Positions 11,984 to 20,928 of a stretch of DNA of 64,000 nt are shown in pieces. Both the position numbers and the translations under genes were made by a program. Under the pieces are notes generated by a model that had not been told where the DNA came from, did not search any database, and worked only from the letters and a program-made list of their open reading frames with translations. The DNA is from an uncultured Gammaproteobacteria bacterium (GTDB lineage Bacteria > Patescibacteriota > Patescibacteriia > UBA11705), in contig CAYPSS010000001.1 of the NCBI GenBank assembly GCA_964413735.1, positions 140,679 through 204,678 of the forward strand. The letters are read 5' to 3'. Position 1 is the stretch's first letter, and every line of letters begins with the position of its first letter.

Positions 11984-12091
11984 ATTCTATACTATATTGT
12001 ATTAGATTTTTATCATATGTCAAGAGCGCTTGTCAAATGTATTTTTATAATAAATTAATGAAAAAACAGGACTTTGCCCTGTTTTGAAATA

Positions 12092-12625
12092 TTATTTTCT
12101 TTTATCTGCCAATGTACAAATAACTTGCATTCCCGTTATGATTATTTGCTTTAGACTTTGGACATAGGCACTATGATTGTATTTGCCCGTCTGAGGATTA
12201 ATTGCTTTTTTGATAGCGAGTAAATATAGACTTCGTACATCAAGAGAGCATAGCATTACCACTATTTCACGCATACTTAGAGTCATTGTTTTCGGATCAA
12301 AAGATGTACTCGATTGCTGAAAACGATGAGGCATCATGTTGGTTAAGGTTTCAACGTATTTATTGTAAGCGGTGTGATTGAAATTACCGTTTTTTGTTGC
12401 CAAATTAATACCGGCCATCATCAAAAATTGTAGCGGAGTTTCTAGGTAAAGGTTTCGAGCTGAATCTATCGTAATCCCTTGCGCTAAAATTTTTAATCCT
12501 TGTTCTGTTGCCCGATCTCGTTGGTTGAATGCTTGTTGATTGGCAAATGTTTGAATAAATCGACAGCCATAACGAGGATGTTGAGAGTCAAGGTATTCGT
12601 AAACAACATAATAAGGATTTGCCAT
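12092..12625 (-). CDS. hypothetical protein, paralog family B (about 177 aa; start at MANPYY after SD aaaggag)
   Basis: aligns with 12714..13241 product (YxVV(Y/F)EY(L/I)D..S..RGCRFI, LLAI(K/E)K(A/S)I(N/D)P(Q/D)TG); track N-terminus overlaps its own promoter. Confidence 0.55.
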   Translation of the reverse strand: MANPYYVVYEYLDSQHPRYGCRFIQTFANQQAFNQRDRATEQGLKILAQGITIDSARNLYLETPLQFLMMAGINLATKNGNFNHTAYNKYVETLTNMMPHRFQQSSTSFDPKTMTLSMREIVVMLCSLDVRSLYLLAIKKAINPQTGKYNHSAYVQSLKQIIITGMQVICTLADKRK

Positions 12626-12713
12626 GGCATCTCCTTTTGAAAGGACGTTTAAATTTATCATAATAATAAATTATTGTCAATCAAAAAAAACAGGACTTTA
12701 TCCTGTTTATTAA

Positions 12714-13241
12714 TTAAAATTCTTCTTCTGAACAGCCAAAAAATGATTTTATGCAAGTATTGATATTTCGATTATAGGCCACGTCATTAAATTCTCCGGT
12801 ATCCGGATCAATGGATTTTTCAATCGCCAGTAATACCAAACCTCTGCCATTGTCGTTCTTTTGACGAAGCGCAAGAATTTCATTTTCAGTAACTCTCATC
12901 TTGGGGTTGTGAAAAAGTTTTTGACTTTCAATAAAGCGTCGCATGAAAATCTGACGCATAAATTCAACTTTCATTTTGTAAAGTTCAAAACTGAAATTTT
13001 CTCCGTAAGTGGCATCGCCTACACAAGAACGCATCAAGCATTCCAGAGGAACTTCATTGCAGAGTTTCTGAGCCTCTGCTTCAGAAATTCCTTGAGCAAT
13101 TACTTTAATGATTCCATTCTCTTCTGATGTTTCTCGAGAATCAAAAGCTGTTTTATCGGCATAGTTGATAATAAAGCGACAGCCACGATAATCGCTTTTT
13201 GGATCAATGTATTCAAAAACAACAGAGTATTCATTTCCCAT
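12714..13241 (-). CDS. hypothetical protein, paralog family B (about 175 aa; start at MGNEYS after SD aaggaggg)
   Basis: paralog of 12092..12625; promoter TTGACA-N17-TATTAT upstream. Confidence 0.55.
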   Translation of the reverse strand: MGNEYSVVFEYIDPKSDYRGCRFIINYADKTAFDSRETSEENGIIKVIAQGISEAEAQKLCNEVPLECLMRSCVGDATYGENFSFELYKMKVEFMRQIFMRRFIESQKLFHNPKMRVTENEILALRQKNDNGRGLVLLAIEKSIDPDTGEFNDVAYNRNINTCIKSFFGCSEEEF

Positions 13242-13574
13242 TATTGCCCTCCTTGGGGTGAGAAAAAAAGAATACATTACATAATATCAATAGCAGTACG
13301 TTTTGTCAATTGTTTAGAAAAATAAAAAACAGGACGTTGTCCTGTTTGAAGTTAATCACTGAAAATCATTTCAAGAGTTTGAATGGTTAAATTTGACACA
13401 CCTGATTTTTGTAATTGGTCGCGTTTGCGGGCTAGATCAACAATTGGTTGGCAATTGAATTCTCCAGCGGATTTGTTTCTTCGGTGTTGATGATAAATGA
13501 TTAGCTGGCGTAAATATGCTTGTAGCATTTTCTTTTGTTTTTTCGTACAAAGGAAATAAATTATGAGCATTTTG

Positions 13575-14921
13575 TCATGCGCCAATAGTTGTAATATTTT
13601 TTCTGATAGATTCATTTTTTTCTCCTGTTTGAAGGAGTGAAAAAACAATGCCCAGAACAATTGCGCTCAGCATTAAACCAAAATAAAAACTATATAAATA
13701 ATGATCAAATAAATTAATTATTCCCATTGCAATAATGATGGCGATGATAAAAGGAAACGTTTGGGTGGATTCTTTTTTTTGCCAAAATTCTTTTAAGGTA
13801 TTAAATATGCCTATAAAGAAAATTATTATTGTTATTAAGCCAATAATCCCGGTTTCTATCAATGGTAATAGCCAAGCATTGTGAAGGGGTTGATATTCAT
13901 ATCCAGGACGAGAGGAATTTAATTTGAATAATCCCAGAGTGTAGTTTCCTAGACCAGTACCTGTAATGGGATATTGTAAAAAAACTCTGGTTGCCATTAC
14001 ATATGAGCCAATTCGTTCGTTGTTTGAGGACTGAGTTAGTCGATTGTTTGAATTAAACCTTTGCGACAAAGCTCCAGGCAATAAAATACTGAATAAAATA
14101 ATTACTGTAATAAAAATTAGGGTAAAGCGATGCAGGTTTTGATAATTAAAGTTAGTTTTTTTGAAAAGATAAAGAAAAATAATTGCTATAGTGAGTGCAA
14201 TAATTCCGCTACGCGAGGCAGTGGTGAGCAAGGCTAAACAATTTAGGAAAAAAGAAAAATATAAAATTTTATGATATTTTTTTTGATAAAAAACAAAGGT
14301 GATTGTGAGCAAAGTACAAAAAACTAGTAAACCAGCTAAAATATTTGGATGGGGCAGGCTCCCAAAAGCGCGTAAAATTCTTTCGCCATTATTTTCAATT
14401 ACTGGCACGCCTAAGATATCGGGTGATTGGGAGGCCATCCCTAAAAATTTGGAAGCGAAAACTTTTTGCGTTATGAATTGGTAAATAGCTAAAATTGATT
14501 GGATCAGTCCGGCGGAAAGAAAGGCGCCAATTAAATAATTAATTTTTGGTTTAATTGTTATAATAACTAAAAATAAAGCGCCGGCGGAAATTAAATGAGT
14601 GAATTTATAAAAAGCTAATTCCGGATTGATGGCGTTGACAATAGTGATTGCAAGAAGACCGATAATAAGTAGTAATTTCCAAATTGGTGATTGCCAGCCA
14701 AGTTTCTCTTTTTTAAGCCCTTTTAGGTTTTGACTAAAATAAATGATTGCGAAAATTAGAATAATTGCTAAAATAAATTGGGTGGCATAAAGGCTTTGAG
14801 TGCCATATTCCCAATTGCTACCGTTTAAGGTAGCAGGATTATAAATCCAGCGCGTTTGCCAAGGTAATAAAAAAATCAGGCTATAAAGTGAATAATGGAT
14901 AATTTTTTTTAACAGTTGCAC
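13575..14921 (-). CDS. O-antigen ligase family (Wzy_C/WaaL-like) polytopic membrane protein
   Basis: 448 aa, about 10-12 TM segments; signature HNAWLLPLIETGIIGL matches H-N-x2-L-x4-E-x-G-x2-G. Confidence 0.65.
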   Translation of the reverse strand: MQLLKKIIHYSLYSLIFLLPWQTRWIYNPATLNGSNWEYGTQSLYATQFILAIILIFAIIYFSQNLKGLKKEKLGWQSPIWKLLLIIGLLAITIVNAINPELAFYKFTHLISAGALFLVIITIKPKINYLIGAFLSAGLIQSILAIYQFITQKVFASKFLGMASQSPDILGVPVIENNGERILRAFGSLPHPNILAGLLVFCTLLTITFVFYQKKYHKILYFSFFLNCLALLTTASRSGIIALTIAIIFLYLFKKTNFNYQNLHRFTLIFITVIILFSILLPGALSQRFNSNNRLTQSSNNERIGSYVMATRVFLQYPITGTGLGNYTLGLFKLNSSRPGYEYQPLHNAWLLPLIETGIIGLITIIIFFIGIFNTLKEFWQKKESTQTFPFIIAIIIAMGIINLFDHYLYSFYFGLMLSAIVLGIVFSLLQTGEKNESIRKNITTIGA

Positions 14922-15013
14922 AATTTTTCTAATTATGATAATTTAAACCATTACTATTATATAATAGCAGTTTTTTGACAATTAAGAAAAACCCTTTAAC
15001 ATGAGGGCAAAAT

Positions 15014-15322
15014 ATGTGGACAATTGAATTGTTCCTGGGGGTAATGGTCGGAATTTTGATTTTGGGCATTGTGATTTTCCTCTATTGGTTATTAAAAGTT
15101 CGCATGATCGTTGATTTACATAAGATTGGGTTCCCGGCAAAAGTGATTATGGATCGCTGGTATTGGAAGGTGACAATTATTTATAATGGGCAGAAAATAC
15201 AACATGAATTTGGTGGCGATCATCAAACTATCAGGGTTGGCGACGCAATCTTGGATATTAATTTCTCAGATAAATTGCCCTTGAGATTTTATCGTAATTT
15301 CTCGGCATCGGAGGCACAATGA
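15014..15322 (+). CDS. small single-pass membrane protein, tandem family member 1 (102 aa)
   Basis: N-terminal TM then beta-rich domain; shares (V/I)(D/N)L..(I/V)G(F/Y)P..V..R motif with next four genes; ATGA overlap with next gene. Confidence 0.55.
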   Translation: MWTIELFLGVMVGILILGIVIFLYWLLKVRMIVDLHKIGFPAKVIMDRWYWKVTIIYNGQKIQHEFGGDHQTIRVGDAILDINFSDKLPLRFYRNFSASEAQ

Positions 15323-15717
15323 ATCTGGTCGCTGAATATTTTAATTGGGTAATTATCGGATTGCTCGGTGCGGAAAAAATGAACAAATTCAATTTTATTT
15401 TTGTTTGGTTCACTTCATTAGCTCTTTTTATTTTATTGTTGTTTTTGGCGCATGGGATGTTGGTGTTGATTCGCTATTTGTTGTTTGTAAAGTGGTTTTA
15501 TTATATTAATTTGAAATCACTTGGTTATTGTGGTCATGTGTTTGTAAATCGTATTACTCGTCGCGCTGTTTGGTGGAATGGTAGATTAAGTAAGAAAATC
15601 AAAAATCCAGAAAAACTAGATTACCAAACAATTGAATTCATGGATGTTAAAATTGTGGTCAATTTTACTCTTCGTCAGCCGGTAAAAATTTATAAAAAGG
15701 GGGTGAACGATGATTAA
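15319..15717 (+). CDS. small single-pass membrane protein, tandem family member 2 (132 aa)
   Basis: paralog of 15817..16203 (FNW(V/L)..G.LG..KM motif); translationally coupled. Confidence 0.55.
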   Translation: MNLVAEYFNWVIIGLLGAEKMNKFNFIFVWFTSLALFILLLFLAHGMLVLIRYLLFVKWFYYINLKSLGYCGHVFVNRITRRAVWWNGRLSKKIKNPEKLDYQTIEFMDVKIVVNFTLRQPVKIYKKGVNDD

Positions 15718-15820
15718 ATATTTGGTTGGGGTTGAATATATGTTTTTCCCCTGTGAGCTTGATTTTGAGAGTAAATTTCCTTTGACTTTTTATCGCTTTT
15801 GCCCGGAGGGAGAACAATGA
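15710..15820 (+). pseudogene. 36-aa internally deleted remnant of a family member (MIKYLVGV...KFPLTFYRFCPEGEQ)
   Basis: N-terminus identical in style to member 5 (MIKYLVGVG), C-terminus like member 1 (KLPLRFYRNFSASEAQ); bounded by the duplicated ATGATTAA junction and an ATGA overlap. Confidence 0.45.
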
Positions 15821-16203
15821 ACATGGCTCAGCAATTTTTCAATTGGTTAGTGACCGGCGTTTTGGGCTTTGATAAAATGACGCAATCCAGTTATGTGGTA
15901 GCTTGGTTTTTGCTGGTAGTACTTGTTGTTGTTGGTTGTTTTATAGTGGCTGTTGTTTTGCGTTTTGTTTTTATTGATTTATTTTATGTGAATTTGAATC
16001 GTGTTGGTTATCCCGGTCGAGTGTTGATTGATCGACGGCGTCGACGTGGTATTGCTTGGTTCGGGAAAGTTGTTGTTTATGTAAAAAATGAAGAAAAAGA
16101 TTTGGTCCGAATTATTCCGCTTTTTGCCGGGACAAAAATCAAAATCAGCTTTAATAATCGTTATCCTGTAAAGCTTTTAACTCCGGAGGATCGTGATGAT
16201 TAA
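15817..16203 (+). CDS. small single-pass membrane protein, tandem family member 4 (128 aa; start MNMAQQ after SD ggaggga)
   Basis: paralog of 15319..15717; track ORF starts 18 nt earlier inside the SD. Confidence 0.55.
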   Translation: MNMAQQFFNWLVTGVLGFDKMTQSSYVVAWFLLVVLVVVGCFIVAVVLRFVFIDLFYVNLNRVGYPGRVLIDRRRRRGIAWFGKVVVYVKNEEKDLVRIIPLFAGTKIKISFNNRYPVKLLTPEDRDD

Positions 16204-16513
16204 GTACTTGGTTGGTGTCGGATTGTTACTTTTTCTGCTGGGTGGTTGGGTTTATTTGAGGAAATCAAAGAAGTATTATTTGAAAGTTGATTTAAAGCCT
16301 TTTGGTTTAAGCGGTTATGCCAATATTGATCGCACGAAAAAGCAAGTTCTTTTTGTTGTTGGTGAGCAAACACGGCGATATTTTAATGTTGAGGGTAGTC
16401 GAATAATTAAAATTGATCACGTGGAGTTATTGGTGAATTTAGATGTTGATCCGCCGATTAAAGTTTTGCCCGTTTCTCGGCCAACGGTTAATATGCGCGC
16501 AACAAAAAAGTAA
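16196..16513 (+). CDS. small single-pass membrane protein, tandem family member 5 (105 aa)
   Basis: ATG within the conserved gtgATGATTAAgtac junction, overlapping the upstream stop by 8 nt. Confidence 0.55.
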   Translation: MIKYLVGVGLLLFLLGGWVYLRKSKKYYLKVDLKPFGLSGYANIDRTKKQVLFVVGEQTRRYFNVEGSRIIKIDHVELLVNLDVDPPIKVLPVSRPTVNMRATKK

Positions 16514-16589
16514 TTTAACACAGGGAACCCCCTGTGTTTTTTAATACTTAGGCTATTGACAAAATTAAAATATCTGTTAAAATAATATA

Positions 16590-17186
16590 TTGCCCTTTCA
16601 CAATGAGGCAGAAATGGATTTGCTCTGGATTTTGATTGGCATTTTTTTGCTTGGTTTAATTGTTAGTAATCGAAAATCGATTAAACTAGCGATTTTAAGA
16701 ATGAGCGGTGAAGTGGTATTTGTGAATATCAGGCAATCTGATCCGCCCTATCTTTTGACCAATCGTGAAACTCATGAAGTAACTATTAAGCGAGAACAAT
16801 TTGTTTATGACCCCAACAAGTTCAAGGCTTTGAATTTGGCTGATTTCGAACTTTTTGACTTGGAATGTGAGGTTACAGTTCATAATTTTGACATGTCAGA
16901 AAAACATATTTTAAAGGTTCAAACATTGTGGGGGGTTGATTTTACGCCGAAAAATTTGGAGAAATTGCGAAAAGCATTTGTAATGCCCGATAAAGCGACT
17001 TATTCCAATTATTTAAATAATTTGGCAAATGCAATTGTTTTTAAGGTGGTTATGGACTTGGGTTTTGCTCCGCTACGAGATAATCGAACCGGAGAATACA
17101 TTGAATCAGCGAAAAAAATGTTGAATGAATATGCGGAAAGCGCGGGATTCAATATCCATGACTTGAGAATTTCTCAAGTATTATAA
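16590..17186 (+). CDS. hypothetical membrane-anchored protein (N-terminal TM, about 170-aa soluble domain)
   Basis: 198-aa ORF directly after the small-TM array; terminator ccgtcaaattatgacgg+T7 follows; start may be at the internal MDLLWIL. Confidence 0.5.
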   Translation: MPFHNEAEMDLLWILIGIFLLGLIVSNRKSIKLAILRMSGEVVFVNIRQSDPPYLLTNRETHEVTIKREQFVYDPNKFKALNLADFELFDLECEVTVHNFDMSEKHILKVQTLWGVDFTPKNLEKLRKAFVMPDKATYSNYLNNLANAIVFKVVMDLGFAPLRDNRTGEYIESAKKMLNEYAESAGFNIHDLRISQVL

Positions 17187-17288
17187 ATAATACCGTCATA
17201 ATTTGACGGTTTTTTTATCTGAATATCTTGACAAAGTTATTTGTTGAAGATAAAATATTAAATTCCCTTTGACCTATCGAGGTGATCT

Positions 17289-17600
17289 ATGAATAGGGTA
17301 AAAAAGATTATTCCTTTTTTGAAAGGAGAAACTCCTCTCCAAGCAATTGAACGGTTGAAACAATTCAAATGTCGTTTTTGTAACATCGCGGAGATCCAGC
17401 AATTTTGGCAGGATAATTTGCTTGAATGTAGTCATTATAGAGCAATTGTTTGCCTCCAAGAAGAAAGTTCTTTTTTTAATCAGGTTGCTTGTACGTGGTG
17501 TGGTGGGGAATTAAATCTTAAGAATATTTATATTGAATTTTCCAGTGTTGTTGATGAAAGATATGGAATTTTGGTTGAGGTTGATCCTTGGTTGTTGTAA
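17289..17600 (+). CDS. small Cys-rich protein, paralog family C (103 aa; CxxC...C...C...CxWCG)
   Basis: own promoter cttgacaaag...gataaaat, SD cgaggtga; terminator aaagccgcttaaatcagcggttttttt; paralogous to 17704..18021. Confidence 0.55.
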   Translation: MNRVKKIIPFLKGETPLQAIERLKQFKCRFCNIAEIQQFWQDNLLECSHYRAIVCLQEESSFFNQVACTWCGGELNLKNIYIEFSSVVDERYGILVEVDPWLL

Positions 17601-17703
17601 AAAAAACTTAAAGCCGCTTAAATCAGCGGTTTTTTTATACGCCTTGACAAAATAAATTTATATATATAAAGTATTAGATTCTCTTTCACCCAAGAGGTGA
17701 TAT

Positions 17704-18021
17704 GTGGCAAAGGTGAAAAAAATTGTTCGTTTTTTGGAAGAAGAAAATCCTCGACAAGCAGTTGAACGTTTGAAGCAATCAGGGTGTCGTTTGTGTACTA
17801 TTTCTGAAATTTTTGCATATTGGAAAGAATGTCGATTGGAGTGCAGTCGTTATGCAGCCATTGTTTGTCTTCATGAAGAGAGCTTTTTTGGTGATAATGT
17901 TTTTTGTTCTTGGTGTGGTTGGGGTAATTGGCAAAGTAATAACATTTACACTCAGTTTTCTCCTAACGTAGATAATAAACATGGAATCTTGGTTGAAGTT
18001 GAGGAACAAAATACACATTGA
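17704..18021 (+). CDS. small Cys-rich protein, paralog family C (105 aa; GTG start)
   Basis: MAKVKKIVRFLEE... aligns with MNRVKKIIPFLKGE...; conserved promoter/5'UTR; terminator ggccactaaatcagtggtcttttt. Confidence 0.5.
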   Translation: MAKVKKIVRFLEEENPRQAVERLKQSGCRLCTISEIFAYWKECRLECSRYAAIVCLHEESFFGDNVFCSWCGWGNWQSNNIYTQFSPNVDNKHGILVEVEEQNTH

Positions 18022-18161
18022 TAACATGTGAATATAATTAGTTTGAAGCATGGCCACTAAATCAGTGGTCTTTTTATTTTTCGTGATTGACAAATTAAAT
18101 GATTTGTAGTAATGTGGCAAGTTAATTAGTACATTGAAAAATCTCCCTAGAGGAGGGACTT

Positions 18162-18269
18162 ATGAAAAAAGAAGTTGTTATTGCCACAGTGGTTGAAAAA
18201 AATGAGAAATTTTGGTGGAAAATCAATGGAGTTTTCTTTGATATTTTACCGGTGGAATTTTTGATCTAA
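18162..18269 (+). CDS. candidate small ORF (35 aa, MKKEVVIATVVEKNEKFWWKINGVFFDILPVEFLI) with strong SD gaggaggg
   Basis: sits between promoter TTGACA-N17-TAATGT (about 18084) and the 178-aa ORF; no homology evidence. Confidence 0.3.
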   Translation: MKKEVVIATVVEKNEKFWWKINGVFFDILPVEFLI

Positions 18270-18284
18270 AGTGGAATCTATTTT

Positions 18285-18821
18285 TTGAATATGATTTTAC
18301 CTGATGGAAAACGCTTTGTTTTTGAAGCTGAACCGACCGATGGTCGGTTAGCTAGTGTATATGTTACTCGCGACTTGGAGTTTCGTCGTAATTATATTTA
18401 TGTACCAAATGGTCGTGGTGAAATTCTGCGGGCTAGTATTTTCCCGGTTGGAACTAAGTTGGTAATTGATCAACAAAAGTTATATAAAAGGACGTTACCA
18501 TCCAGAACATACCAAAAGCGGATTTGGGAAAATGCTGTTCGTTTGATGCTACTTGCAACAACTCAAGCTACAGAATTGGAAGATATTTATAATGAGCACT
18601 TTGGTCCTTATTATCAATGGGATAAAAAGTTTTTGGAAAGTGTGTCGGATGAATGGCAGAGAAATAGATTGCGATCGTTGTTCATGGCTGAATGTCTTGT
18701 CCATATGGGAAGAGATCGTTGGAAGCAAATTCATAAACAAATGAGATTGGTGCAATTTTTCCATGTTGGGCAGTATTATTGGAAAGCATTTTCTGGTTAT
18801 TTCAAATATGATCAGGACTAA
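18285..18821 (+). CDS. hypothetical protein (178 aa)
   Basis: ORF followed by hairpin terminator gtcactaaatttagtgac+T6. Confidence 0.5.
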   Translation: MNMILPDGKRFVFEAEPTDGRLASVYVTRDLEFRRNYIYVPNGRGEILRASIFPVGTKLVIDQQKLYKRTLPSRTYQKRIWENAVRLMLLATTQATELEDIYNEHFGPYYQWDKKFLESVSDEWQRNRLRSLFMAECLVHMGRDRWKQIHKQMRLVQFFHVGQYYWKAFSGYFKYDQD

Positions 18822-18850
18822 ACGTTATGTCACTAAATTTAGTGACTTTT

Positions 18851-19852
18851 TTATTTATTGTTTTTTAATAAATCAATTAAATCAGTCACAGAAACGCTGG
18901 GAATTAAAGTTTGACAACGCTGTTGCCATTGATGCTCAATATCCTTTCTGATGTCAGCTAAGTGTAGTTTTAAAATGTTATTTTGAAGTAGCACATTAGA
19001 ATTGTCTTGCTCAGCTAAAGTTTTTAAGTTTGGGGGTAAAATCAACAATTGAATCTTTTTTAATAATTTTTCTAAGAAGTCAGGCCAGATTTTTTCCATT
19101 ATAGATTTAATTTTTTGGCCCCTTGATTTTATTGAGCGTCGGAGTGATATTTTTTGCGGTTCACGATTAGCAAAGTATTGATTCAGCCATTTGTTTTCCT
19201 GCCAGAAATTTTGATATGTATTGCTTGGGTCAAAGATTGGGGTAAATTGTTTTGTCCAATAAGCCAAATGAATATCGTTTGGATAAGCAATTGATTCTAA
19301 ATCTAAATTATTTTCGGCTAAATAAAAACTCAAACAGATTTTATTTTTCCCGTTTTTCGGTTGTGGTCGGCGATTAAGCAGTTTCATCAATCCGGCGCAA
19401 AAAAACCGCGCACTCCAAATCCGATCAGTCTTGGTAATAATGGCTAAGTCAATGTCTCCGTCATTTGAAGTGTTTGAATAAGCCAGCTTGTTGACCACAA
19501 AAATCGCTTTAATGAATGGTAGATGACTTAACAATTTGGTATTTTTTAGGGCAATTTTGAATTTAATTTCCGCCAAAACATATTTTTCTTTTCGTTGTTT
19601 AACAATTTGGTCGCGTCCTAACAAAAAATAAAAACCTTCAGCCATTGCAACTGAAGATTTTAAATTATTCAAACTATTTTTAACGCCTGGTAAAGTGGTT
19701 TTTTCTTTGATGATTAAATTTTCTTGAATTTCTTCGGCCGTTAATGGGAAATCAAACAAATCAAAGTAGATTAAAGTGCGCAAAACCGCGCGATCGATTG
19801 CCGTGAGAATTGGCATATGATTATTCAAGATTTTTTTGAGTGGTAGTATCAA
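18851..19852 (-). CDS. hypothetical protein (333 aa); weak nucleotidyltransferase-like DGDIDLAII segment
   Basis: long ORF; ...SNDGDIDLAII resembles a degenerate GS-x(n)-DxD motif but the assignment is weak; start may be at the internal MPILTAID. Confidence 0.4.
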   Translation of the reverse strand: MILPLKKILNNHMPILTAIDRAVLRTLIYFDLFDFPLTAEEIQENLIIKEKTTLPGVKNSLNNLKSSVAMAEGFYFLLGRDQIVKQRKEKYVLAEIKFKIALKNTKLLSHLPFIKAIFVVNKLAYSNTSNDGDIDLAIITKTDRIWSARFFCAGLMKLLNRRPQPKNGKNKICLSFYLAENNLDLESIAYPNDIHLAYWTKQFTPIFDPSNTYQNFWQENKWLNQYFANREPQKISLRRSIKSRGQKIKSIMEKIWPDFLEKLLKKIQLLILPPNLKTLAEQDNSNVLLQNNILKLHLADIRKDIEHQWQQRCQTLIPSVSVTDLIDLLKNNK

Positions 19853-20147
19853 TTCCCGGTTGATTAATAATTTTCCCCGTGATTAAACTTTCGCTTGGCA
19901 CTACATTATCAGACACGATAATTTTTTTATCGGAAATTTCGATAATCTGCGATTGATCGATTAAATATTGTTGACTGAAAAAATTAGCGCGCACGATGAT
20001 TTTTGATACGGAAAAATCAGTGGTATTAATTTCCAAGTTTATTGGTTCGCCCAAATAAATTTCGCTCTGAGTTAATACCGGCAGTCCCTTTAATTGTTTA
20101 AAATCAATTTTCATTTTTTTTGTTAGTGATTTCTTCGGCTTTGACAT
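19821..20147 (-). CDS. hypothetical small protein (108 aa) downstream of yidC
   Basis: ORF overlapping yidC end; beta-rich, fold unassigned. Confidence 0.35.
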   Translation of the reverse strand: MSKPKKSLTKKMKIDFKQLKGLPVLTQSEIYLGEPINLEINTTDFSVSKIIVRANFFSQQYLIDQSQIIEISDKKIIVSDNVVPSESLITGKIINQPGIDTTTQKNLE

Positions 20148-20883
20148 CTATTACTTTGTTATCAATGTTTGGAGTAATCGGCTTTAAGAAAAACTTTTGT
20201 TGCACAACTGTCAGGACGGTGGTCAAAAACCAATACAAGGTTAACCCGGCCGGTAATGTTGAACCTATAAAAATGGTTAATAATGGCATAAAATAAAGCA
20301 TGGATTTGTTCATGTCAGCCATTAATTTTTCATCTTTTCCTCCTTTGCCCGCGGTGGCCGGCGGATTTTTCATTGATAACATTTTACCGGAAATATATTG
20401 CCCAATACCGGCTAATATCGCCAGAACAATACTGGGCGCAGCCATATCCATAAAGCCTAAAAACATTGGATCTACCGTTCCGGGATTATTAATGAAAGAA
20501 TATAGTTGATCAAAACTGTTATTGGCCAGTCCGGAACGAAATACTTGATAAACAGCGATTAAAAATGGGAATTGAATTAATAATGGTAAACAAGAAGAAA
20601 ATGGATTAACTTTATTTTCTTTATAAAGTTTCATGGTTTCTTGCGCCAACTTTTCCTTGTCATCTTTGTATTTTTCTCGCAAAGCATTCATTTTCGGTTG
20701 AATTTCCTGCATTTCTTTTTGAGCCTTGAGCGATTTCTTGGATAACGGCCAAAGGATTAGTTTAATCACCAAGGTTAATAGAATAATCGCCACCCCAATA
20801 TCTTGACCGGGAATAATATTGTAAAAGAAAATCAAAAGATTGAATAAAGGTTGATAAAGAAAAGTGTGATAAAGCCAAATCAT
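20104..20883 (-). CDS. yidC: membrane protein insertase YidC (short Oxa1-type)
   Basis: 259 aa, 5 TM; PLLIQFPFLIAVYQVF and basic C-tail typical of short Gram-positive-type YidC. Confidence 0.8.
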   Translation of the reverse strand: MIWLYHTFLYQPLFNLLIFFYNIIPGQDIGVAIILLTLVIKLILWPLSKKSLKAQKEMQEIQPKMNALREKYKDDKEKLAQETMKLYKENKVNPFSSCLPLLIQFPFLIAVYQVFRSGLANNSFDQLYSFINNPGTVDPMFLGFMDMAAPSIVLAILAGIGQYISGKMLSMKNPPATAGKGGKDEKLMADMNKSMLYFMPLLTIFIGSTLPAGLTLYWFLTTVLTVVQQKFFLKPITPNIDNKVIDVKAEEITNKKNEN

Positions 20884-20928
20884 AATATTTTTATTTTTAT
20901 TAATTTAAATCAAATAAAACATTGATAA

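Noticed and set aside
13352-13660. 102-aa minus-strand ORF overlapping the 3' end of the O-antigen-ligase-like gene
   Set aside because: It overlaps the neighbouring CDS by about 40-85 nt depending on start choice and has no clear SD. It may be a small protein but the evidence is insufficient; not called.
19821-20147. Calling the 108-aa ORF downstream of yidC as Jag/KhpB or a PRC-barrel protein
   Set aside because: No R3H or KH motif was recognised, and the PRC-barrel idea rests only on beta-rich composition. Left as hypothetical.
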